A DNA stretch of 64,000 nucleotides, from the NCBI GenBank assembly GCA_020719045.1, contig DYQY01000001.1, positions 58,516 to 122,515 of the forward strand, given 5' to 3'. Shown one piece after another: positions 1-7,943 of this stretch (position 1 is its first letter; the number at the start of each line of letters is the position of its first letter). Under the pieces are notes generated by a model, which made no database searches, had not been told where the DNA came from, and worked only from the letters and a program-made list of their open reading frames with translations. Source of the DNA: Candidatus Termititenax sp. (lineage in GTDB: Bacteria > Margulisbacteria > Riflemargulisbacteria > GWF2-35-9 > DYQY01). Both the position numbers and the translations under genes were made by a program.

Positions 1-33
1 ATATTGCGATATTGCTTTATGAAAGGAGTTTAA

Positions 34-318
34 ATGTTGGATATAAATCATGAAAAGATGGGCCATATTTTGAAGGCACTTGCTCATCCTGTGAGGTTAC
101 AAATGGTACAATTATTGCTTGATAATGAATGTTGTGTGAATAATTTATGTAATATTTTGGATATACCACAGTCAACATCTTCACAACATTTAGGAGTTTT
201 AAGAAACAGTGGTATTGTTTACCCAACTAAGAAAGGTAATAGAACTTGTTATGTTGTTAAGAATAAGGAGGCTATCCAAGTATTAGCTATTTTAAAGAAT
301 ATGCAAAGTAAGTCATAA
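34..318 (+). CDS. ArsR/SmtB family metalloregulatory repressor
   Basis: LKALAHPVRLQMV, then ECCVNNLC (alpha3-type Cys metal site) and an HTH, QSTSSQHLGVLRNSGIV; SD aaggag upstream. Confidence 0.9.
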   Translation: MLDINHEKMGHILKALAHPVRLQMVQLLLDNECCVNNLCNILDIPQSTSSQHLGVLRNSGIVYPTKKGNRTCYVVKNKEAIQVLAILKNMQSKS

Positions 319-341
319 AATATTTAAAAAAGGAGAAATAA

Positions 342-1328
342 ATGAAAAATGAGCAAAAAAATAACAGGGAAGATGTTTATGAATTGAATAGATTAAAGAA
401 TTTTCCTATTTCTTTTTTTTCAATATCCTTAGGGCTTATTGGTTTTACACTTGCCTGGCAAAAAGCTGAGCAAATTTTAGAAATTAATTTAAAGTTTAGT
501 AGTTACTTGTTGTATTTATCTCTTTTGATTATTGTGATTACTGCTTTAATCTATATATCAAAATTAGTAAAATATCCAAGCTTAATAGGAGAAGAGTTAC
601 GTCATCCTATTAAAATAAACTTTTTTCCAATAATTGCCAAAATTTTTCTTATTACCAGTATAATTTACCTTCCATTAGATATTGTTATTTCTAAGTATCT
701 TTGGTGGATTGGTGTTGTTGCACAGTTTATTTTTTCAATTACAACTATGTCATCTTGGATTAGGCATACTAGTTTTGAAATACCACACCTTAATCCTTCA
801 TGGTTTATTCCTGTTGTTGGCTCTATTATTGTGCCAATTGCAGGCGTTACACATTTTTCGCCTGAGCTATCATGGTTCTTTTTTAGTATAGGTTTTTTTT
901 GGTGGCTAATTTTGACAGTAATAGTTGTAAATAGGATTATTTTTTTCCATCCTATTCCAGATAAATTATTGCCAACAATGTTTATTTTATTCGCCCCTCC
1001 TATCATAGGATTTATATCTTTAACAAAGCTAGTTGGAGTAACATATTTTGGCAATATGCTTTACTATTTTGGATTGTTTATGTTTATTCTTGTTATCGCT
1101 CAACTGAAAACATTTTTAAAGATAAAGTTTTATTTGTCTTGGTGGGCTTATTCTTTTCCGTTAGACGCCTTGGTTATAGGCACATTACTTATGTACCATG
1201 AGACTGGTTCAGTTTTTTTCAGAGTAATATCATGGGGATTGTTGCTGTTATTAAATTTTGTTATCTTATTATTGGGGTTTAAAACAATAATTGCCATTAA
1301 AAACAAGCAAATTTGTATTGAAGAGTAA
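342..1328 (+). CDS. TDT/SLAC1 (TehA-like) anion transporter
   Basis: About 10 hydrophobic segments; motifs PISFFSISLGLIG, HPIKINFFP, NPSWFIPVVG, LSWWAYSFP. Confidence 0.85.
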   Translation: MKNEQKNNREDVYELNRLKNFPISFFSISLGLIGFTLAWQKAEQILEINLKFSSYLLYLSLLIIVITALIYISKLVKYPSLIGEELRHPIKINFFPIIAKIFLITSIIYLPLDIVISKYLWWIGVVAQFIFSITTMSSWIRHTSFEIPHLNPSWFIPVVGSIIVPIAGVTHFSPELSWFFFSIGFFWWLILTVIVVNRIIFFHPIPDKLLPTMFILFAPPIIGFISLTKLVGVTYFGNMLYYFGLFMFILVIAQLKTFLKIKFYLSWWAYSFPLDALVIGTLLMYHETGSVFFRVISWGLLLLLNFVILLLGFKTIIAIKNKQICIEE

Positions 1329-1335
1329 GAAAATA

Positions 1336-2244
1336 ATGAGAGATATTAATGTTGATGTTTTAATAATTGGAGCTGGTCCAGCCGGTTTATCTGCAGCGAT
1401 TTATACAGCAAGGGCGGGAAAGAAGACGGTTGTATTAAAAGGAAAAACAAAGTCCCATTTGGAACTTGCACATAAGGTTGAGAACTATCCAGGGATTGAT
1501 TCAATTTCAGGGCATGAGTTATTAAAGAGATTCGAAGACCAGGCAACTAAGTTTGGAGCTGAAATAATAGTAGCAGATGTATTAGAAATGTCACTTGAGT
1601 TTGAACCTAAAATGGCAACTACTCGCTCAGAGTTTATTCAGGCTAAGGTTGTTATTATTGCCATGGGTAAAGGTGAACATAAAAAGGATATTATTGGTGA
1701 GTCTGATTTTCTTGGTGCAGGAGTGTCTTATTGTGCTACTTGTGATGGAGATTTTTATAAAGGTAAGAAGGTTGTTGTTTATGGTAACGACTTTGAGGCA
1801 GTTCATGATGCACAGATGTTGATTCAATTAGGTTGTGACGTGACGCTTGTCTCATATTGCAAAGATCAAACGTGTCCAGAAAGTTTATTGAAGCTTGCAC
1901 AGGAAAAAGGAGTTCATCTGATAAATAATACTGAGATTATTGAGGTAATGGGTTCTGGAACAGTTGAAAAGATACGCATTAAGAATAGTGATGGAGAAAT
2001 AGAGCTAGAGACTTCAGGTTTATTTATTATTCAGGCTATTCCATCTTCAGCGTTGTTGTCTAAGATGGGCGTGACTCTTTCAACTAAAGACTGTATCGCA
2101 GTTGATCGTGAGATGAAAACAAATTTCCCAGGGGTGTATGCAGCTGGCGATATTACTTGTGGTGGTTGGCAGATTGCTATAGCTAATGGAGAAGGTTCTG
2201 TTGCTGCACTGAGTGCTCTTAAGTATTTAAGAGACCATAAATGA
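1336..2244 (+). CDS. Thioredoxin reductase-like FAD oxidoreductase (degenerate NADPH site)
   Basis: GAGPAG FAD motif, GVSYCATCDG, GVYAAGD; start placed at ATG 1336 rather than the upstream TTG. Confidence 0.85.
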   Translation: MRDINVDVLIIGAGPAGLSAAIYTARAGKKTVVLKGKTKSHLELAHKVENYPGIDSISGHELLKRFEDQATKFGAEIIVADVLEMSLEFEPKMATTRSEFIQAKVVIIAMGKGEHKKDIIGESDFLGAGVSYCATCDGDFYKGKKVVVYGNDFEAVHDAQMLIQLGCDVTLVSYCKDQTCPESLLKLAQEKGVHLINNTEIIEVMGSGTVEKIRIKNSDGEIELETSGLFIIQAIPSSALLSKMGVTLSTKDCIAVDREMKTNFPGVYAAGDITCGGWQIAIANGEGSVAALSALKYLRDHK

Positions 2245-2257
2245 ATAGGAGTAAGTT

Positions 2258-2809
2258 GTGGATTGTTTAGCTTGTTCAAGTAAAAACTGTAAATCAAATG
2301 CACAAGATTGTAATGGTCAACGAGAGTCTGTTTTAAGTAATTATTCTATTGAATCACTAAAACAAAGCTACCTAAATTCCGATAAGTTGGTGGCAAATGG
2401 TCGAGCAGGACAGCTGTCTAGGATACAGGAAATAGTTGAGTATGCAAAATTGCAGAATTATAAAAATATAGCGATTGCGTATTGCTTTTGCATGGAAAAT
2501 TTAGCAAAAGAAGTGATGGAAATTTTCTCTAATGAAGGATTTAAAACAAGCTCAGTGCGTTGCACCATTAATGGTATTCGTGAAAAGCAAATCGATAGTT
2601 CGTTGGGAGAGAGTGTTAATTGTAACCCAATTGGACAAGCATTAGAAATAAATAATAGTGAGGCAGAGTTTGCTATAGATATGGGGCTTTGTATGGGTCA
2701 TGATGTGCTTTATCGTCAGCATTTAACAAAACCAGGAACAACGTTAATCGTTAAAGATCGTGTATACAATCATAATCCAGCGAAAGCATTAAAAAGTTAT
2801 AAGGAGTAG
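2258..2809 (+). CDS. DUF1847-like Cys-rich putative metal-binding protein
   Basis: SRIQEIVEYAK, CNPIGQA, GLCMGHD and KDRVYNHNP motifs; N-terminal CxxC...C. Confidence 0.75.
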   Translation: MDCLACSSKNCKSNAQDCNGQRESVLSNYSIESLKQSYLNSDKLVANGRAGQLSRIQEIVEYAKLQNYKNIAIAYCFCMENLAKEVMEIFSNEGFKTSSVRCTINGIREKQIDSSLGESVNCNPIGQALEINNSEAEFAIDMGLCMGHDVLYRQHLTKPGTTLIVKDRVYNHNPAKALKSYKE

Positions 2810-2811
2810 CT

Positions 2812-3513
2812 ATGACTACGAAAACAGGTTGTTTAGTATGTGCAAAGGAATTGAAATATGGCGAGATAAGAGAATTGTCTTGTCATTATTGCGGAGAAAA
2901 AACAGACACGCAGGTAGCTTGTGTTGATGGTCATTATGTTTGTGATAACTGTCATCAAGCAGATAGTTTAGAATTTCTGGAAACTTATATAAAAAATAGC
3001 AAGAAAACAGACCCGATTGCCATGCTTGAAGAAATCATGAAGCATCCTTCTTATAATATGCATGGACCAGAGCATCATTATATTATTCCTGCTATATTTT
3101 TAACTGCTATGAAAAATTCAGGCATAAAAATAATAGATAATTATTGGCAATTAGTTTTAGCTCGTTGTTCTGATTTGCCTGGGGGCACTTGTGGTTATTG
3201 GGGAGCTTGTGCAGCAGCTCTTGGAAGCGGGATTACTTTAAGCATTTTAAAGGAGTGCACACCTTTAAAGAAAAGTTTCTATGGTGAGATACATGGAGCT
3301 ACTGCAAATGTATTAAATTCTATTGCCAAAGTAGGTGGTCCTCGTTGTTGTAAGCGAAATGTTACATTAACCGCAGAATCACTGCTATTAACATTAAAGA
3401 ATGAATTTGGGATTGACCTTAAGGCAACCAATTATGTTTGTTCTTTTATGAGGTATAATAAAGAATGTTTGTATCAAGATTGTCCATATTTTCCTAAGAA
3501 GGCTGTGGGGTAA
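2812..3513 (+). CDS. DUF5714-like Cys-rich protein with N-terminal zinc-ribbon
   Basis: HGPEHH, GGTCGYWGAC and GGPRCCKR motifs; several N-terminal CxxC pairs. Confidence 0.7.
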   Translation: MTTKTGCLVCAKELKYGEIRELSCHYCGEKTDTQVACVDGHYVCDNCHQADSLEFLETYIKNSKKTDPIAMLEEIMKHPSYNMHGPEHHYIIPAIFLTAMKNSGIKIIDNYWQLVLARCSDLPGGTCGYWGACAAALGSGITLSILKECTPLKKSFYGEIHGATANVLNSIAKVGGPRCCKRNVTLTAESLLLTLKNEFGIDLKATNYVCSFMRYNKECLYQDCPYFPKKAVG

Positions 3514-4124
3514 TGACTAATACTTTAGTTGAAGAACGTTATGCAAAAATTGTAGACGAGTCTAACTTGGGATGTGCCAATGTCTCTGGTTTTATTGTTT
3601 TACTGGGTGGCGAAAAAGTGTTGGACTTGGGCTGTGGGAATGGCTCGCAGGTTCATCGATTTGCTAGGCTTGTAGGTAAAGAGGGTATGGCATGCGGGTT
3701 AGACACAACAGAAAAAATGATTGAGCGTGCAAAGGCTAATTATTTCCTACCAAACACCGACTACCTGGTCGGAGATATTCATAGCCTTCCATATGAGCCA
3801 GGCTTTTTTGATGTTATTACAAGTAATTGCGTTATCAACCATTCACTAAACAAGAGAAGGGTGTTTGAGGAAATTTACCGTGTAATAAAGCAAGGGGGGT
3901 TTTTTGTTATAGGAGACGTTATGGCTGTAAATAAGCTACCAGATTCAGTTGTAAATAATCCTCAAAATATCGCAGATTGTTGGGGTGGAGCAATTCCAAA
4001 AAAAGATTATTTGGACATTGTTAGTGAAGTTGGGTTTACAAGTATTGAGGTTTTAAGTTCTCGCAAGTATATTAAGAATGGGTATGGGTTGGAGAGTATA
4101 ATATTAAAGGGGGTGAAGAAATGA
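3513..4124 (+). CDS. SAM-dependent methyltransferase, ArsM (arsenite methyltransferase)-like
   Basis: VLDLGCG SAM motif plus ArsM-type Cys motifs LGCANV, SNCVINH and DCWGGA. Confidence 0.7.
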   Translation: MTNTLVEERYAKIVDESNLGCANVSGFIVLLGGEKVLDLGCGNGSQVHRFARLVGKEGMACGLDTTEKMIERAKANYFLPNTDYLVGDIHSLPYEPGFFDVITSNCVINHSLNKRRVFEEIYRVIKQGGFFVIGDVMAVNKLPDSVVNNPQNIADCWGGAIPKKDYLDIVSEVGFTSIEVLSSRKYIKNGYGLESIILKGVKK

Positions 4125-4240
4125 AGAAAGTAACAGAAGTGAATGTACATAAAGCAGAATCTTGTTGTGGTAATGCAGATAGTTCAGTTGCACAGTGTTG
4201 TGCAAAGTCAACAAAACTTGTGATGGGGTGTCATGATTAA
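4121..4240 (+). CDS. 39-aa Cys-rich peptide MKKVTEVNVHKAESCCGNADSSVAQCCAKSTKLVMGCHD, putative radical SAM RiPP precursor (missing from ORF track)
   Basis: Translated by hand. ATGA overlap with the upstream stop, TAATG overlap with the rSAM start, SD-like aagggggtg 5 nt upstream; exactly fills the intergenic gap. Confidence 0.8.
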   Translation: MKKVTEVNVHKAESCCGNADSSVAQCCAKSTKLVMGCHD

Positions 4241-5592
4241 TGGATAAATTATTTAAATCTAGGTATAACCAAATAACCAAGATGAATGAGGACCATTATG
4301 CAGTTTTTAATCCACTCTCTGGAGCTTTTGATGTAGCAGATGCTGATAGCGTTAAATCTTTTGAGAGTGGTATTCCGCGCAATGAAGAAGAGAAGAAATA
4401 CTGGCTTCTGCGTGGTTATTATTTTGCTGATAAAGCAAGCGAGAAAATATACATTGCTAAGAGGTATCAGGACTTCTTAGAGGTTTCTGAGGAAAACGAG
4501 ATTCAGTTCTTATTAGTTCCAACTTATGGTTGTAATTTTAATTGTCCTTACTGTTATCAGAAAGGGATTGATATAAATAAAAATATAATGTCACAAGAGA
4601 TGCTAGATGCTTTTGTCGATTATGTAGTTAATTATCGTAATAAAAACAATAAAAAGGTTACTGTAACTCTTTTTGGTGGTGAGCCACTATTGTTAAATGA
4701 ACATCAAAAGACACTTGTGTCTTCTTTGGTTGATAAGTTGGTAGAACATAGTATAACTTTAGCTGTTGTTACCAATGGTTATAATTTGGAAGAGTATATT
4801 CCTATATTACAAAAAGCCATGATTAAAGAAATACATGTCTCTTTAGATGGTGCAGAGACAGAACACAATAGGCGACGTAGCACAAAAGATGGCAAAGATA
4901 GCTATCAAAAGATAATGCGAGGTCTGGAAGTAGCTAAAGAGATTGGTCTTCCCTTAAATGCTAGGTTAATAACAGATAAACAAACACTTAAGACCTTCCT
5001 TGAGTTAGCTAAGGACTTGGAGAAACGAGGGTTTTTGGATTTACCAAAAGGTATGTTTAAAACGTCATTGGGTCGTAATTATGAGCTGATAGACGAGTCT
5101 ATGACACAAGCTGATTTGCTATCTTTAGATGAAATGCATAGAGAGTATACAGAGTTGATGTTGCTTAATCCAGTTTTAAGAAAACTACATATTCCTAACT
5201 ATTTTGGTGTTAAGAAAATGGTGGATTCTGGAGAGATGTATGTTCCCTCTTTTGACACTTGTCCGGCAGGCAAATCGGAATTTGTCTTTGATGCTTCTGG
5301 GAATATTTTTGGTTGTACTGCAAGCTGTGGTCGTGAGGGGTACGAGCTTGGTAGTTATTTCCCAGTACTAAAGTTTAATGAGCAAGTCTTAAAAGATTGG
5401 CAAACACGTAATATCTTAAATATTGCTGAGTGCGTAGATTGTTCTGTTGGGGTGGTGTGTGGCGGAGGCTGTGGTGTTATAGCCAAGGACCGTAATGGTG
5501 AAATCCATTCGCCAAATTGTAAGCCTATCAAAGAGGTTATGGATATAGGAATAAATTACTATAGGAAAGAGATTTTAGATAAAGCAAAGTAA
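4240..5592 (+). CDS. Radical SAM/SPASM-domain protein, probable peptide maturase
   Basis: CNFNCPYC motif, FGGEPLL, 8 Cys in the C-terminal SPASM region (CPAG..GCTASC..CVDC..CGGGC..C); N-terminal extension with YAVFNPLSG. Confidence 0.9.
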   Translation: MDKLFKSRYNQITKMNEDHYAVFNPLSGAFDVADADSVKSFESGIPRNEEEKKYWLLRGYYFADKASEKIYIAKRYQDFLEVSEENEIQFLLVPTYGCNFNCPYCYQKGIDINKNIMSQEMLDAFVDYVVNYRNKNNKKVTVTLFGGEPLLLNEHQKTLVSSLVDKLVEHSITLAVVTNGYNLEEYIPILQKAMIKEIHVSLDGAETEHNRRRSTKDGKDSYQKIMRGLEVAKEIGLPLNARLITDKQTLKTFLELAKDLEKRGFLDLPKGMFKTSLGRNYELIDESMTQADLLSLDEMHREYTELMLLNPVLRKLHIPNYFGVKKMVDSGEMYVPSFDTCPAGKSEFVFDASGNIFGCTASCGREGYELGSYFPVLKFNEQVLKDWQTRNILNIAECVDCSVGVVCGGGCGVIAKDRNGEIHSPNCKPIKEVMDIGINYYRKEILDKAK

Positions 5593-5618
5593 AAATATAA
5601 TAAATATGGAGGCAAATA

Positions 5619-6908
5619 ATGGTTAAAGATATTTCAGCAGTAGAATACGAAGAGTTAGTATTAAAGAGCAAGGGTCCAGTAATTGTAGATTTTTACTCTA
5701 CAGAATGTCCTCCTTGTGAAGCTTTAGCCTCAAAGTATAATTATTTTGCTGGTCTGTATGACAAAGAGATTTCATTTTATAAAATATTTAGGCAAGGTAA
5801 TAAAGAGCTATCTTCAGGACTAAACGTCAAAGGTTCTCCAACAGTATTATTCTATAAAGATGGCAAAGAAATAGGCAAAAGATTGTCAGGCGCTGTTTTG
5901 AAAAGCGAGTTAAAGAATTCTATTTTGGGAAATTTTGATGTTGAAGAGAAAGATAAAGTAGATAAGCGTGAAGTTATTGATTGCGATGTAGCAATTATTG
6001 GTGGAGGTCCAGCTGGGCTAGCAGCTGCAATTTACACGGCTCGTGCAAAACTGAAAACAGTTGTGGTGGATAAAGGACAACCTGGAGGATTAGTTAACCT
6101 AACCCATCTTGTATCAAATTATCCTGGTACTGGCGAAGATATTAAGGGATTTATGTTAATGCATCATACAACAGAGCAAGCAAAGGCTTCTGGTGCAGAG
6201 ATAATTATGGCAGCAGATGTGACTAGTATAAATCTATCCGAGAAGACTATGGACATTGATGATGATAAGACAATTAATGCTAAAACTATTATTCTTGCTA
6301 CTGGTTCAAAGCCAAGGGAATTGGGTATTCCAGGTGAGAAGGAGTTGTTTGGTAAAGGAGTTTCTTATTGTGCTACTTGTGATGGTGCTTTTTATGAAGG
6401 AAAGGAAGTTTATGTTATTGGTGGTGGAAACTCTGCTGTTGAAGAATCTTTGTTTTTAACAAAGTTTGTTAATAAACTTACGATAATTCATCAGTTTGAT
6501 TCATTTCAAGCAAATGCAGTTGCAATTGATGAGGCTTTAAGTAATCCAAAGATTGAAGTTTTGTGGTCACATGAGCCAAGAGCCTTTTTGGGTAATGAGG
6601 GGTTTAAAGCAATAGAGGTAGAGGACTTGAAAACAGGAGAGAGAAAGATTCTAGATAAAGCAGATGGGCTATTTGTTTTTGTTGGGTATCAGCCACAAAA
6701 TGCTTTATTTAAAAACGATTTAACTTTAGACAAATGGGGAACAGTTGTTGCAACAGAAGATATGGAAACAAATATTCCAGGTGTTTTCGTGGCTGGAGAT
6801 GTTCGTAGCAAAAAATACAGACAAATAACAACTGCTGTAAGCGATGGGACAATAGCTGCATTACAAGCAGAAAAATATATTAAGGAAAAAGCTCAGCAAA
6901 ATAAATAA
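5619..6908 (+). CDS. Thioredoxin-thioredoxin reductase fusion (N-terminal Trx)
   Basis: N-terminal VDFYSTECPPC Trx domain, then GGGPAG, CATC, GGGNSA and GVFVAGD. Confidence 0.9.
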   Translation: MVKDISAVEYEELVLKSKGPVIVDFYSTECPPCEALASKYNYFAGLYDKEISFYKIFRQGNKELSSGLNVKGSPTVLFYKDGKEIGKRLSGAVLKSELKNSILGNFDVEEKDKVDKREVIDCDVAIIGGGPAGLAAAIYTARAKLKTVVVDKGQPGGLVNLTHLVSNYPGTGEDIKGFMLMHHTTEQAKASGAEIIMAADVTSINLSEKTMDIDDDKTINAKTIILATGSKPRELGIPGEKELFGKGVSYCATCDGAFYEGKEVYVIGGGNSAVEESLFLTKFVNKLTIIHQFDSFQANAVAIDEALSNPKIEVLWSHEPRAFLGNEGFKAIEVEDLKTGERKILDKADGLFVFVGYQPQNALFKNDLTLDKWGTVVATEDMETNIPGVFVAGDVRSKKYRQITTAVSDGTIAALQAEKYIKEKAQQNK

Positions 6909-6943
6909 TTGTTATTAATCTTTTTCTATAAGAAAATAGTAGT

Positions 6944-7744
6944 ATGAGCTTACAACTAACTTTGCTTGGAACAGGGACATCGGACGGCGTTCCACTTATT
7001 GGTTGTAGTTGTCCTGTCTGTGTAAGCACAAATCCAAGAAATAAACGGTTAAGAACATCCGCGTGGATTCATAATGAAGACCAATCAATAAGCATTCTTA
7101 TAGATTGTGGACCAGATTTTAGAGAGCAAGCATTAGTTTATGGTATTAAGCGAGTTGATGCTGTTCTTATTACTCATACCCATTGGGACCATATAGCTGG
7201 TATAGATGACCTTAGGCCATTGGCGTTAAAAAATGGGAAAGAAATCCGCCGAGGTAATAAAATTGATATTTACGTTTTCAGCGAACTTGCTGAGAGTCTA
7301 AAACGACCATTCCCATACATCTTTGGTGAGCCAGAACAGATAGGTGGAGGTGTTCCTGCTGTTGAGATAAAGGAACTTATAGAAGGACAGGTTTTTTATA
7401 TAAAGGGTATCCGTTTTGAGCCACTAGTTGGGTTTCACGGTAAGATGAAAGTTTTTGGCTTCTCTTTTAAAGATACTGTATTTATTACAGATGTAAACGA
7501 GCTTCCACATAATACTGTAGACTTAATTAAGAATAAGAAAACAGTTATTTTGAACGCATTAAGGTATAGTGAACACTCAACTCATTTTAATGTTAATCAA
7601 AGCATAGAAATGTTAGTTAAAGTAGCTCCAGCTCAGGCATATTTAGTACATACTACTCACGATTTAGAATATGATAAATTAAACAGTGAATTGCCTGATG
7701 GTATTGAAATGGGATACGATGGATTAAGTATTAATCTTAAATAG
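6944..7744 (+). CDS. Metallo-beta-lactamase fold hydrolase, PhnP-like
   Basis: LGTGTSDGVPLIGCSCPVC, LIDCGPDFREQ and HTHWDH. Confidence 0.85.
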   Translation: MSLQLTLLGTGTSDGVPLIGCSCPVCVSTNPRNKRLRTSAWIHNEDQSISILIDCGPDFREQALVYGIKRVDAVLITHTHWDHIAGIDDLRPLALKNGKEIRRGNKIDIYVFSELAESLKRPFPYIFGEPEQIGGGVPAVEIKELIEGQVFYIKGIRFEPLVGFHGKMKVFGFSFKDTVFITDVNELPHNTVDLIKNKKTVILNALRYSEHSTHFNVNQSIEMLVKVAPAQAYLVHTTHDLEYDKLNSELPDGIEMGYDGLSINLK

Positions 7745-7754
7745 AAGGCATTTT

Positions 7755-7943
7755 ATGAAATATGTTTGTAGCATATGTGGCTTAGAGAAGTATTCAGATA
7801 ATAAAACGGAAATCCCTATGTGTTGCAGTGAGAAGATGTTGCCTTGTACAAAAGTTCAGGATGCTGAGATGGCTAAATTTACTGATGAAGATGGTCCTTG
7901 TGATGATAGTAGGGGGACACAAAGAATAATCGTTAAAGAGTAA
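7755..7943 (+). CDS. Small Cys-rich protein, desulforedoxin-like CxxC-x14-CC
   Basis: YVCSICG...PMCCSEKM; SD-like gaagg upstream; last ORF of the + strand run. Confidence 0.55.
   Translation: MKYVCSICGLEKYSDNKTEIPMCCSEKMLPCTKVQDAEMAKFTDEDGPCDDSRGTQRIIVKE

Noticed and set aside
1-15. ATATTGC direct repeat upstream of arsR, a possible operator half-site
   Set aside because: Cut by the window edge, so the expected inverted repeat cannot be evaluated
4122-4124. TGA at the end of the ArsM-like gene as possible selenocysteine
   Set aside because: Readthrough adds only two residues before TAA, and no SECIS-like hairpin or Cys-equivalent position was seen
1720-6404. Near-identical DNA around tcttattgtgctacttgtgatgg in the two TrxR genes
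   Set aside because: Explained by the conserved SYCATCDG motif; not a mobile repeat
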